Positions 41,711 to 50,619 of a DNA stretch of 64,000 nucleotides are shown here, piece after piece; the first letter of the stretch is position 1; each line of letters starts with the position of its first letter. The notes below the pieces were generated by a model, which was given only the letters and a program-made list of their open reading frames with translations, did not search any database and was not told where the DNA came from. Both the position numbers and the translations under genes were made by a program. Origin of the DNA: an uncultured Chloroflexia bacterium (GTDB lineage: Bacteria > Chloroflexota > Limnocylindria > Limnocylindrales > CSP1-4); NCBI GenBank assembly GCA_963703155.1, contig OY969796.1, positions 3,175,652-3,239,651 on the forward strand. Direction: 5' to 3'.

Positions 41711-42384
41711 GCGACGAACTTGCGGGCCGTTTCTGCGGCGATGGCGGCGTCGCGGCAGTAGGCGTCGGCGCCGACCGCCATCGCGAACTCCTCGTTGAGC
41801 GGCGCGCCGCCCACGAGGACCACGTACTTCTCGCGGATGCCGCGGTCCTTGAGCGCCTGGATCACGACCTTCATGTACGGCATCGTGGTGGTGAGCAGCG
41901 CGGACATGCCCAGGATGTCGGGCTTGTGCTCCTCGAGCGCGGCGAGGAACTTCTCCGCGTCCGTGTTGACGCCGAGGTCGATGACCTCGAAGCCCGCGCC
42001 CTCGAGCATCATCCCGACCAGGTTCTTGCCGATGTCGTGGATGTCGCCCTTCACCGTGCCGATGACGACCTTGCCGACGGGCTTGGCGCCGGTCTCGGCG
42101 AGCAGCGGACGCAGGATGGCCATGCCGGCCTTCATCGCGTTGGCGGCGAGCAGCACCTCCGGGACGAACAGGATGCCGTCGCGGAAGTCGACGCCCACGA
42201 TGCGCATGCCCTCGACGAGTGCCTCGGCAAGGACCTTGTCGGCGCCCCAGCCGCGCCCGAGAAGGATCTTGGTGCCCTCGACCGTCTCCGGCGCGAGGCC
42301 GTCATACAGGTCGTCATGCATCTGGCTGACCAGTTCCTCGTCGCTCAGCGAGGCGAGGTCCAGTTCCTGCTCGTCGGTTCCCAT
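41707..42384 (-). CDS. cobalamin-binding corrinoid protein (B12-binding domain plus N-terminal cap; MtgC/MtbC-like)
   Basis: ATG 42384; B12-binding motifs DIHDIGKN (DxHxxG), SALLTT (SxL) and VLVGGAP (GG). Confidence 0.85.
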   Translation of the reverse strand: MGTDEQELDLASLSDEELVSQMHDDLYDGLAPETVEGTKILLGRGWGADKVLAEALVEGMRIVGVDFRDGILFVPEVLLAANAMKAGMAILRPLLAETGAKPVGKVVIGTVKGDIHDIGKNLVGMMLEGAGFEVIDLGVNTDAEKFLAALEEHKPDILGMSALLTTTMPYMKVVIQALKDRGIREKYVVLVGGAPLNEEFAMAVGADAYCRDAAIAAETARKFVA

Positions 42385-42664
42385 TGGCTCCTGCCGGTGG
42401 CGCTTTGTCGCGGATGGCGCAACGAGTTGCGGATTGCGCAACGGACAATAGACGAAGGCCGCGGGCGTGTCCAGACGGTTCCGCGCGCCGCGCCAACGGC
42501 GGGTTTCGCCTACCGGGCCGCGCCCCATTCCGCAGCACCGGCACCGGGACGGTGGTGTCGCGTCCCCAAACCCGTGGCCACGGTCACCGCCCTCGCGTAC
42601 ACCACAGGGGCGGTGGCCGCGGCGGTGGCGGGCACACCCGAGTGGGAGCCCGCTGGAGCACCGC

Positions 42665-42807
42665 ACCTATCTCCCCCCGGAGACGGTTATCCAATCGTCG
42701 CCGCGGCACTCGTGCTCAGTGCCCAGCGCGGGGACCCTTCTGACTAACCCCCGGGAGGAGATAGGAGCGCAATTCGCGTGACAAGCCGCGTCGGGAGGAG
42801 ATACGAG
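42665..42807. repeat. three copies of the TATCTCC-CCGG-GAGGAGATA palindromic motif (42665..42687 inverted/degenerate; 42747..42765; 42789..42807 direct)
   Basis: Direct inspection of the 463-bp intergenic region between gntR 3' end and the corrinoid operon start. Confidence 0.55.
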
Positions 42808-42847
42808 TGCGATTGCCGGGAGCGACGTACGCCAGCGCGGGCGGCCC

Positions 42848-43504
42848 TCAGGCCTCGGCGGCGCTCAACCGGTCCTGGGTGTACTGGTAGTGCGAGCCCA
42901 CCGCATCGCAAGCGGCAGAGGCGTCGCGAGCGCGGATCCCGTCGGCGATGTGCCGGTGGAACTCGACCGGTGGCGTCCAGCCGAGCGAGGCGTGGGTCCC
43001 GAGCGCGGTCCGCATCAGCAGCACCGTCTGCGAGGCCAACTCCTCGTAGAGCGCGAGCAGCCGGCCGTTGCCCGACATCCGGCAGTAGGCGCGGTGGAAC
43101 GCCATGTCGGCATCCCAGGCGGCAGCCAGGTCGCCAGCCGCGTAGGCGTGCTCGGTGGCGTCGAGCGCCGCGTACAGCCCGGCGATGTCCTCGTCGGTGG
43201 CGAGCTCGATGGCCTGGCGGACGGCCGCCTCCTCGATCGCCCGGCGGATCACGTAGACCTCTGCCAGGTCGCGCTCCGTCAGCGAGGAGACGAAGGTCCC
43301 CCGCCGGGGCAGGTCCACCGCGAGGCCGGACCGGGCCAACTCGGCCAGCGCGTCTCGCACGGGCCCGCGCGAGACCCCGAAGCGCTCCGCGAGCTCGGTC
43401 TCCACCAGCCGGGTGCCAGCCGGCAGGCGCCCGTCGAGGATCTCGTCGCGCAGCAGCTCCGCGACCGATTCCCAGAGTTGCTTGTGGGTGAACGAAGCCC
43501 TCAT
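42848..43504 (-). CDS. GntR-family (FadR-subfamily) transcriptional regulator
   Basis: ATG 43504; N-terminal GntR winged HTH (ERFGVSRGPVRDAL) and all-helical FCD-like C-terminus; divergent from DMGDH. Confidence 0.8.
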   Translation of the reverse strand: MRASFTHKQLWESVAELLRDEILDGRLPAGTRLVETELAERFGVSRGPVRDALAELARSGLAVDLPRRGTFVSSLTERDLAEVYVIRRAIEEAAVRQAIELATDEDIAGLYAALDATEHAYAAGDLAAAWDADMAFHRAYCRMSGNGRLLALYEELASQTVLLMRTALGTHASLGWTPPVEFHRHIADGIRARDASAACDAVGSHYQYTQDRLSAAEA

Positions 43505-43522
43505 CACAGTGCAGGATCGCCG

Positions 43523-43552
43523 TTGACACCGCGGATTGTCAACAGTTAGCAT
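43523..43552 (+). promoter_or_regulatory. GntR-type operator palindrome TTGACAccgcggatTGTCAA overlapping a sigma70-like promoter (-35 TTGACA, 18-bp spacer, -10 TAGCAT) for the DMGDH-etfBA operon
   Basis: Perfect 6-bp inverted arms with the t.GT...AC.a core typical of GntR/FadR sites, in the 115-bp divergent gntR/DMGDH intergenic region. Confidence 0.6.
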
Positions 43553-43619
43553 CCCGCCACTGTCCGCCCCGTCACGGGCTCCCACGCGCGCAACCCCAAT
43601 CCCCCAAGGAGTCGCCTCG

Positions 43620-46127
43620 ATGGCCAGCCTCCCGTCCCACGCCAAGGTCGTGATCATCGGCGCCGGAATCGTCGGCAACAGCATCGCCTACCACCTGGCG
43701 AACCTGGGCTGGAAGGACATCGTCCAGATCGACAAGGGGCCCATGCCCAATCCTGGCGGCTCGACCGGCCACGCCAGCAACTTCATCTACTACGTCGACC
43801 ACAACAAGGAGATGACCGCGCTCACGATCGAGAGCGCCAACCAGTACCGCGCGTGGGACGTGTACACCGAGTGCGGCGGCCTCGAGGTCGCGCGCACCGA
43901 GACGCGCATGAACGAGCTCCGCCGGCGCATGGACTCGGCCAAGAACTGGGGCGTCGACTCGGCTCGCCTGGTCACCCCGGCCGAGATCAAGGAGATGGTC
44001 CCGTTCATCAACGAGGAGATCCTCGTCGGCGGGTTCTGGGTCCCCGAGGTGGGCGTCTGCGACTCGCTCCGCTTCGGCACGATGTGCCGCGAGAAGGCCG
44101 AGGAGATGGGCGCGCTCACGGTCCTCGCCAACACCGAGGTCCTCGACATGGTGGTCGAGGACGAGCGGATCAAGAGCGTCGTGACCACGCGCGGCACCAT
44201 CGACGCCGACTACGTGGTCATCGCCTGCGGCGTCTGGGCGCCCAAGCTGGCCGAGATGGCCGGCGCCCACATCCCGCTGACCCCGGTCGTCCACCAGATG
44301 GCGGACTACGGCCCCGTCCCGATCTTCGAGAAGTCGTCCAAGGCGATCGAGTACCCGATCGTGCGCGACATGGACGTGCTGATGTACGAGCGCCAGGACG
44401 GGATCGGCTTCGAGGTGGGCTCCTACGCCCACCGCTCGATCCTGCACGATCCGGAGGAGATCCCCTCCATCGAGGAGGCGAAGCTCTCCCCGACGGAGCT
44501 GCCCTTCACGCAGGACGACTTCGACCCGCAGCTCGAGGACGCGCTCGAGCTGTTCCCCGAGATCCTCGGCGACGAGCGGGTCGGCCAGAAGTACGCCATC
44601 AACGGCCTGATCGCCCTCACCCCCGACGGCATGCCGCTCCTGGGCGAGACGCCCGAGGTCCAGGGCCTGTGGTCGGCCGCCGCGGTGTGGGTCAAGGAGG
44701 GTCCGGCGGTTGGCAAGTGCATCGCCGAGTGGATGGTCCACGGCGAGCCCTCGATCGACTGCAACCAGAGCGACATCAGCCGCTTCCACGCCCACCAGAA
44801 GACGCGCCAGCACACCAAGCGCCGCGCGTTCGAGGCGTTCCCCAAGACCTACGGCATCGTCCACCCGGCCGAGCAGTACCTCTCCGACCGCCCGCTCCGC
44901 AAGTCGCCGATGTACGACTGGCACCGGGAGCACGACGCGGAGCTGTTCGAGGTCGCCGGCTGGGAGCGGGCGCAGTGGTACAACAGCAACGCCCCGCTGG
45001 TCGAGAAGTACGGCGTCACCACGCGCCCCAACGAGTGGGACGCCCGGTGGTGGAGCCCCATCATCAACGCCGAGCACCTCGCCATGCGCGAGGCGGCGGG
45101 CATCTTCGACCTCTCCGCGTTCGCCGTCTTCGACATTCTGGGCACGGGCGCCCTCGACAGCGTCCAGGGCGTGTGCCTGCGCCAGATGGACGTGGCCGTC
45201 GGCAAGGTGGTGTACACGCCGGTCCTCTCCGAGCGCGGCGGTTTCAAGAGCGACCTCACCGTGATGCGCCTGGGCAAGCACCACTTCCGGGTGGTGACCG
45301 GCGGCGCCCACGGCATGGCCGACCTCAAGTGGTTCAAGGACCACCTGCAGCCCATGGCGTCGATCGTGGACCTCACCGACGCGTACACGACGATCGGCGT
45401 CTGGGGGCCGAAGGCGCGCGACATCGTGCAGTCGATCACCCGGGCCGACATGAGCGGCGCGGCGTTCAAGTTCGGCACCTGTCGCAAGGTCGAGATCGGC
45501 AGCCAGCTCGTGCTGGCCTCGCGGATCAGCTACGTCGGCGACCTCGGCTGGGAGCTCTACGTCCCGATGGAGCAGGGCCAGCGGCTGTGGGACGAGCTGT
45601 GGGCAGCCGGCCAGGCGCATGGCCTGGTGGCCTGCGGCATGGGCGTCTACGGCACGACCGGCCGCCTCGAGAAGGGCTACCGCGCGTACGGCGCGGAGCT
45701 CGACGACGACTACACCGTGGTCGAGGCCGACATGGCGCCGGCGCGGCTCAAGGCACAGGACTTCGTGGGCCGCGACGCCCTGGAGCGCCAGCTGGGCCAG
45801 CCGGCGGCGGCGCGCTGCTGCACCCTCACCGTCGACGACCACACCTCCAAGACTGGCGAGCGTCGCTACATGCTGGGCCGCCAGCCGATCACCCTTGCCG
45901 ACGGCTCCCCGATCACCGACCGCAAGGGCCGCCGCTCGTACGCGACGTCGGCCGGCGCGGGCCCGAGCCTCGGCAAGCACCTGCTGATGGCGTACCTGCC
46001 GCCGGAGCACGCCGTCGAGGGCAACCAGCTCTTCGTCCAGTACTTCGACGAGCTCTACCCCGTCACCGTCGCGCGGGTCGGCGCGCTGCCGCTGTTCGAC
46101 CCCGAGAACGACCGAATCCGGGCCTGA
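43620..46127 (+). CDS. dimethylglycine/sarcosine dehydrogenase family protein (DAO FAD domain + GcvT folate-binding domain)
   Basis: RBS AAGGAG; VVIIGAGIVGNSIAYHL FAD fold; C-terminal aminomethyltransferase (GcvT-like) fold; followed by etfBA. Confidence 0.8.
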   Translation: MASLPSHAKVVIIGAGIVGNSIAYHLANLGWKDIVQIDKGPMPNPGGSTGHASNFIYYVDHNKEMTALTIESANQYRAWDVYTECGGLEVARTETRMNELRRRMDSAKNWGVDSARLVTPAEIKEMVPFINEEILVGGFWVPEVGVCDSLRFGTMCREKAEEMGALTVLANTEVLDMVVEDERIKSVVTTRGTIDADYVVIACGVWAPKLAEMAGAHIPLTPVVHQMADYGPVPIFEKSSKAIEYPIVRDMDVLMYERQDGIGFEVGSYAHRSILHDPEEIPSIEEAKLSPTELPFTQDDFDPQLEDALELFPEILGDERVGQKYAINGLIALTPDGMPLLGETPEVQGLWSAAAVWVKEGPAVGKCIAEWMVHGEPSIDCNQSDISRFHAHQKTRQHTKRRAFEAFPKTYGIVHPAEQYLSDRPLRKSPMYDWHREHDAELFEVAGWERAQWYNSNAPLVEKYGVTTRPNEWDARWWSPIINAEHLAMREAAGIFDLSAFAVFDILGTGALDSVQGVCLRQMDVAVGKVVYTPVLSERGGFKSDLTVMRLGKHHFRVVTGGAHGMADLKWFKDHLQPMASIVDLTDAYTTIGVWGPKARDIVQSITRADMSGAAFKFGTCRKVEIGSQLVLASRISYVGDLGWELYVPMEQGQRLWDELWAAGQAHGLVACGMGVYGTTGRLEKGYRAYGAELDDDYTVVEADMAPARLKAQDFVGRDALERQLGQPAAARCCTLTVDDHTSKTGERRYMLGRQPITLADGSPITDRKGRRSYATSAGAGPSLGKHLLMAYLPPEHAVEGNQLFVQYFDELYPVTVARVGALPLFDPENDRIRA

Positions 46128-46129
46128 CG

Positions 46130-46894
46130 ATGCGCGTCCTCGTCTGCGTCAAGCGCGTCCCCGCGGTCGCCGGGCGCCTCACCCTCACCGAGGACGAGCG
46201 CGCCCTCGACACCAAGTACGTGGGGTTCCAGGTGGGGCCCCACGAGGAGTGCGCGGTCGAGGAGGCCGTCCGCCTGGTCGAGGCGCACGGCGGCGAGGCC
46301 GTCGTGCTCACCCTGGGCCCGGCCGAGGCGGCCGAGCAGCTGCGCGAGGCGATGGCGATTGGCGCGGCCCGCGCGATCCACCTCGTCACCGACGGCGAGG
46401 AGTGGGACGCCGAGTCCACGGCCGGCGCGATCACTGACGCCCTCCGCGAGGACGAGGCGGCGAACGGCCCGTTCGACCTCGTGCTGCTGGGCAACGAGGC
46501 CGCCGACTCGGGCGGCTACCAGGTGGGCGTGCGCATCGGGCGGGCGCTCGGCCGGCCCGTCGTGACCGGGATCAAGGCGCTGTCGGTGACCGACGGCACC
46601 GCCCGCTGCGAGCAGGAGGCCGCTGGCGGCCGCGACGTCTACGAGGTCCGGACGCCGGCCGTGGTCGCGGTGCTGGAGGGCATCAACCTCCCGCGCTACC
46701 CGTCGGTGCCGGGGCGCATCCGGGCAAAGTCGAAGCCGGTGGCGACGTCGACGCCCGCCCGCCCGGCGCAGCGCCTCGAGATGCTGCGCCTGGTGGTGCC
46801 GGTGACCGAGGCGAAGCAGGCGCAGGTGCTGGGCCACGGGGCCGCCGCCGCGCCCGCCGTGGTGGAGCTCCTCGCCAGCGTGGGGGTGCTCTAG
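46130..46894 (+). CDS. etfB: electron transfer flavoprotein beta subunit
   Basis: MRVLVCVKRVP start typical of EtfB; 2 bp after DMGDH stop. Confidence 0.85.
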   Translation: MRVLVCVKRVPAVAGRLTLTEDERALDTKYVGFQVGPHEECAVEEAVRLVEAHGGEAVVLTLGPAEAAEQLREAMAIGAARAIHLVTDGEEWDAESTAGAITDALREDEAANGPFDLVLLGNEAADSGGYQVGVRIGRALGRPVVTGIKALSVTDGTARCEQEAAGGRDVYEVRTPAVVAVLEGINLPRYPSVPGRIRAKSKPVATSTPARPAQRLEMLRLVVPVTEAKQAQVLGHGAAAAPAVVELLASVGVL

Positions 46895-46896
46895 CC

Positions 46897-47856
46897 ATGG
46901 CGACCGTCCTGGTCCTCGTCACCGCCGCCGACGGCGCGCCCGACAAGGTCGCGCTCCAGGCGCTCACCCTCGGCGGCCAGCTGGCCGCCGGCGGCCCCGT
47001 CCACGCGCTGGTCCTCGGCGACGACGCCGTCGCCGCCGGGCTCGGGGCGTGGGGCGCCAGCAGCGTCCACGTCGCGAAGCACCCAGCGCTCGACATGCCG
47101 GCGCCCGATGCCGCGGCCCGGACCGTCGACGACCTCGCGCGCTCGCTCGGCGCGGACTTCGTGGTCGGCCCCGGCACCGAGGAGGGCAACACGGTCCTCG
47201 CTCGGGCCGCCGCCCGCGCCGGCCTGCCGTTCGCCGCCAACTGCCTCGCCGTGACGCCCGGGTCGCCGGTCACCGTCACCCGGTCCCGATGGGGCGGCTC
47301 GCTCCTCGAGCAGGCCGCGATCCACGCCGATCGCGCGGTCCTCACCGCGGCGCCGCACGCCATCGAGGCATCCCAGACCGGGGGCTCCGCTCCCGTCGAG
47401 GTGTTCACCCCGCAGCTCGACGACGCCGACCTCGCCGTCCGCGTCGTGGGCCGCGTCCCGGCGCCCGCTGGCGGCGTGTCGCTCGCCGACGCCAAGGTGG
47501 TGGTCTCGGGTGGGCGCGGCGCGGGTTCCGCGGAGGGCTTCGCGCCGATCGTCGAGCTGGCCTCGCTCCTCGGGGCGGCCGTCGGCTGCTCGCGCGCGGT
47601 CACGATCGCGGGCTGGCGACCGCACACCGAGCAGGTTGGCCAGACCGGCACGAAGATCGCGCCGGACCTCTACATCGCAGCCGGGATCTCTGGCGCCACG
47701 CAGCACCTTGCCGGGTGCAAGGGCGCCAAGCGGATCCTCGCGATCAACAAGGATGCCGAGTCGCCCATCATGGCCTCCGCCGACTACGCGGTCATCGGCG
47801 ACCTGGCCGAGGTGCTGCCCGCGATCAGCGCCGCGATCCGGCAGCGACGCGGGTAG
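46897..47856 (+). CDS. etfA: electron transfer flavoprotein alpha subunit
   Basis: FAD-binding signature PDLYIAAGISGATQHLAGCKGAKRILAINKD. Confidence 0.85.
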   Translation: MATVLVLVTAADGAPDKVALQALTLGGQLAAGGPVHALVLGDDAVAAGLGAWGASSVHVAKHPALDMPAPDAAARTVDDLARSLGADFVVGPGTEEGNTVLARAAARAGLPFAANCLAVTPGSPVTVTRSRWGGSLLEQAAIHADRAVLTAAPHAIEASQTGGSAPVEVFTPQLDDADLAVRVVGRVPAPAGGVSLADAKVVVSGGRGAGSAEGFAPIVELASLLGAAVGCSRAVTIAGWRPHTEQVGQTGTKIAPDLYIAAGISGATQHLAGCKGAKRILAINKDAESPIMASADYAVIGDLAEVLPAISAAIRQRRG

Positions 47857-47962
47857 CTTCGGCGCCTGCCGCTCCCGACACAGCGACGCCGGGCCCGCGA
47901 GGGACCCGGCGTTCTGATGCCCGGTGGTGCAGCGCGGCGCCGGCCCCCGCGACGGGGAGTGA

Positions 47963-48217
47963 TCAGCCCCGGCGCCCGCGGATCGCCGGGTGGTGCGGCA
48001 GGAGGTTGTGGGCGCCGCACTGGGGACACCCCACCCAGGACAGCCGGGACCCCCAGAGGAGCTCCACCAGCATGCGCCGGAACCGCGCCCGGCACGACCC
48101 GCAGGTGACCTCCCAGCGGCTGATCAGCCCGAGGTTGCCGGGCAGCCAGCCCACCTGCACGGGGTTGATCCCCTCCACCTCGACGGGGACGAGGCGTCGA
48201 TCCTGGCCGGCTGGCAT
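47963..48217 (-). CDS. small zinc-ribbon protein (two CxxC pairs), hypothetical
   Basis: 84 aa; CGSC...CPQC; ATG 17 bp after the dsbA-like stop with AAGGGG RBS. Confidence 0.35.
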   Translation of the reverse strand: MPAGQDRRLVPVEVEGINPVQVGWLPGNLGLISRWEVTCGSCRARFRRMLVELLWGSRLSWVGCPQCGAHNLLPHHPAIRGRRG

Positions 48218-48233
48218 GGGCGGTCTACCCCCT

Positions 48234-49130
48234 TCAGCTCCCCGACGGTGCGGCCGAACTCGACGCGGGTGCGGCCGACCCGGAGCCGGCGACGGCGTTC
48301 ACGGCGGCCGCGATTTCGGCATAGGTCGCGTTGACGAAGGTCCCGTTCACGAGCACCGAGGGCGTGCCATGGCCCGAGACGGAGGTCGGCAGGCTCTGCT
48401 GCTCGGCCGCGATCTCCGCATTGTGCGTGCCGCCCTGCAGGCAGGACGTGTAGCTCGTCATGTCCAGGCCCGCCGCCTGGCCGATCTTGAGCAGCCTGTC
48501 CATGGTGAACACGGATGCTGCCTCGCTCGTCTGGTTCGCATACAGGTAGTCGTGCATGACCCAGAACTTGTTCTGGTCGGCAGCACACCAGGCGGCGTTC
48601 GCGGCGTTGCGTGACGCTTGCGACCCGTCGCCGTCGATGATCGTGAAGTCGTGCCAGACCAGCTTCGCCTTCCCGGTTGCGACGAGCAGGGTGTCGACCT
48701 GTCTCGCGGTGCCGCCCTCGGTGAACGAGTAGCAGGCCGAGCAGCGGAAGTCGCCGTACAGGTCGATGGTGGCGGGAGCATTCGCGTTGCCCAGCGTGCG
48801 GCCGTCGCTGGGGATCGACGCGGGGGTGGAGTTGGCTGCGCCGGGCGCGATCACGGAGGCGTCGTTGACGACCGCCGGGTTGGAGCCCAGCTGCTGGATC
48901 GCGACGAAGGCCACGATCAGCACGCCGACGATGATGCCGCCGATGGTCATGATCGCCGTTCGGCTCGGCCCCGACGACGACTTCGTTGCGCTCACGCGGT
49001 TCGGCTGCCAGGGCTCGCTCGGCTTGCGGCCCGCGGGGCGCTGGCCGGCGGGCCGGTTCGACGGCGCCGAGGGCGCGGGGGTCGCGGGACGGTTCGCGGC
49101 GCGGTTGCTGCCGCGGGATTGCTTGGCCAT
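48234..49130 (-). CDS. DsbA-family thiol:disulfide oxidoreductase with disordered N-terminus and TM anchor
   Basis: ATG 49130 with GGAGG RBS; TM IMTIGGIIVGVLIVAFVAI; thioredoxin-fold CSAC active site. Confidence 0.6.
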   Translation of the reverse strand: MAKQSRGSNRAANRPATPAPSAPSNRPAGQRPAGRKPSEPWQPNRVSATKSSSGPSRTAIMTIGGIIVGVLIVAFVAIQQLGSNPAVVNDASVIAPGAANSTPASIPSDGRTLGNANAPATIDLYGDFRCSACYSFTEGGTARQVDTLLVATGKAKLVWHDFTIIDGDGSQASRNAANAAWCAADQNKFWVMHDYLYANQTSEAASVFTMDRLLKIGQAAGLDMTSYTSCLQGGTHNAEIAAEQQSLPTSVSGHGTPSVLVNGTFVNATYAEIAAAVNAVAGSGSAAPASSSAAPSGS

Positions 49131-49138
49131 GGTCTCCT

Positions 49139-50587
49139 CTAGCCCAGGTTGATGACGACGGTCTTGAGCTCGGTCAGCCGCTCCATCGAGAAGCGGCCGC
49201 CGACGCGACCCACGCCGCTGTCGGCGCCGGCGCCGCCGCCGAACGGGAGGTGTGACTCCCAGTAGTTGGTGCCCTCGTTGATGTTGACCCATCCGGTCCG
49301 GACGGCCTCGGCGAACCGCAGCCCCCGGGCGAGGTCGCGGGTGAAGATACCCGCAAGCAGCCCGAAGGGCGAGTCGTTGACGATCCTGAGCGCGTCGGCT
49401 TCGGATTCGATGACAGTGATGGGCGCCACCGGCCCGAACGTCTCGTCGCGGGCGATCTCCATGGCGTCGGTGACGCCGTCGAGCACCGTGGGCTCGTAGA
49501 AGAGCCCAGTGGCGAAGCCCGGGGCGCGCCGACCGCCGGCGACCACCCGGGCCCCCTGGCCGATGGCGTCCTGGACGTGGCGCTCGGTCTTCGCGGCCTG
49601 CGCCTCGTTGTTGACCGGGCCCATCGTGGTGGCCTCGTCGGCCGGGTCGCCGAGGTGGATGCGGGCGGCGACGGCCGCGGCCAGCTTCGCGAGGTAGGCG
49701 TCGTGGACCCCGGCCTGGACAAGGATGCGCTCGCCCGCCGTGCAGCTCTGGCCAGCGTTGAGGAAGCATGCGGTCAGGGTGGCCTCGACCGCCTTGTCGA
49801 GGTCCGCATCGTCGAGCACGATCAGCGGTCCGTTGCCGCCCAGCTCGAGCAGCACGTCCTTGCCGACGGCACGGGTGCCGACCTTCTTGCCCGCCTCGAC
49901 GGAGCCCACGAACCCCACGGCGCCCACGTCCCGATGCCCGGCGATCTCGTCGCCCACCACCGAGCCCGGCCCGGTGACCAGGTTGAACACGCCAGCCGGC
50001 AGCCCCGCGTCGACGAAGCAGCGGGCCATCTCGATCGAGCAGGCCGACGTGTTCGACGCCGGGTTCCACACGACGGCGTTCCCGGCCGCGAGGGCCGGGG
50101 CGATGATCTCGCCGGCCATCGTGTAGGGCCAGTTCCAGGGCGTGATGACCGACACGACGCCGCGCGGCACGCGGTAGACCAGCACGCGCTTCGCTGCGTC
50201 AACCGACGGCAGGATGAGCCCCTCGATCCTCGTCGCGTCGGCCGCGGCCATCTTGAAGTAGGCCAGCAGCTCCTCGACCTCGCCGCGCGCCTCGGTGATC
50301 GGCTTGCCCTGGTCGCGGCACAGGGCCTGCGCCATCACCTCTCTCCGCTCCACGACGAGCGCCCCGACCCGCTCGAGCGCGGCCGCCCGGTCGAAGGCGG
50401 ACAGCTTGGCCCAGACGACCTGACCCGCCCTGGCCGCGGCGATCGCGCGCTGCGCGTCCGCCCGGTTGCCCTTGGGGATCGAGGCGAAGACCTCGCCCGT
50501 CGCCGGGTTCCTCGCGTCGAAGGTCTCGCCGGACTCGGCGGCGCACCATGCGCCGTCCACGTGCATGGCCATCTGGTCGACCGCCAT
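49139..50587 (-). CDS. betB: betaine-aldehyde dehydrogenase (NAD-dependent aldehyde dehydrogenase family)
   Basis: ATG 50587 with GGGAGGG RBS; ALDH motifs ELGGNGP and catalytic QSCTAGER; immediately downstream of betA. Confidence 0.7.
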   Translation of the reverse strand: MAVDQMAMHVDGAWCAAESGETFDARNPATGEVFASIPKGNRADAQRAIAAARAGQVVWAKLSAFDRAAALERVGALVVERREVMAQALCRDQGKPITEARGEVEELLAYFKMAAADATRIEGLILPSVDAAKRVLVYRVPRGVVSVITPWNWPYTMAGEIIAPALAAGNAVVWNPASNTSACSIEMARCFVDAGLPAGVFNLVTGPGSVVGDEIAGHRDVGAVGFVGSVEAGKKVGTRAVGKDVLLELGGNGPLIVLDDADLDKAVEATLTACFLNAGQSCTAGERILVQAGVHDAYLAKLAAAVAARIHLGDPADEATTMGPVNNEAQAAKTERHVQDAIGQGARVVAGGRRAPGFATGLFYEPTVLDGVTDAMEIARDETFGPVAPITVIESEADALRIVNDSPFGLLAGIFTRDLARGLRFAEAVRTGWVNINEGTNYWESHLPFGGGAGADSGVGRVGGRFSMERLTELKTVVINLG

Positions 50588-50619
50588 TTCGCCCTCCCGG
50601 GTTGCTGCTGTGAGCCCGG

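Noticed and set aside
43572-46010. 812-aa minus-strand ORF
   Set aside because: Antisense to DMGDH, whose FAD and GcvT motifs are unambiguous.
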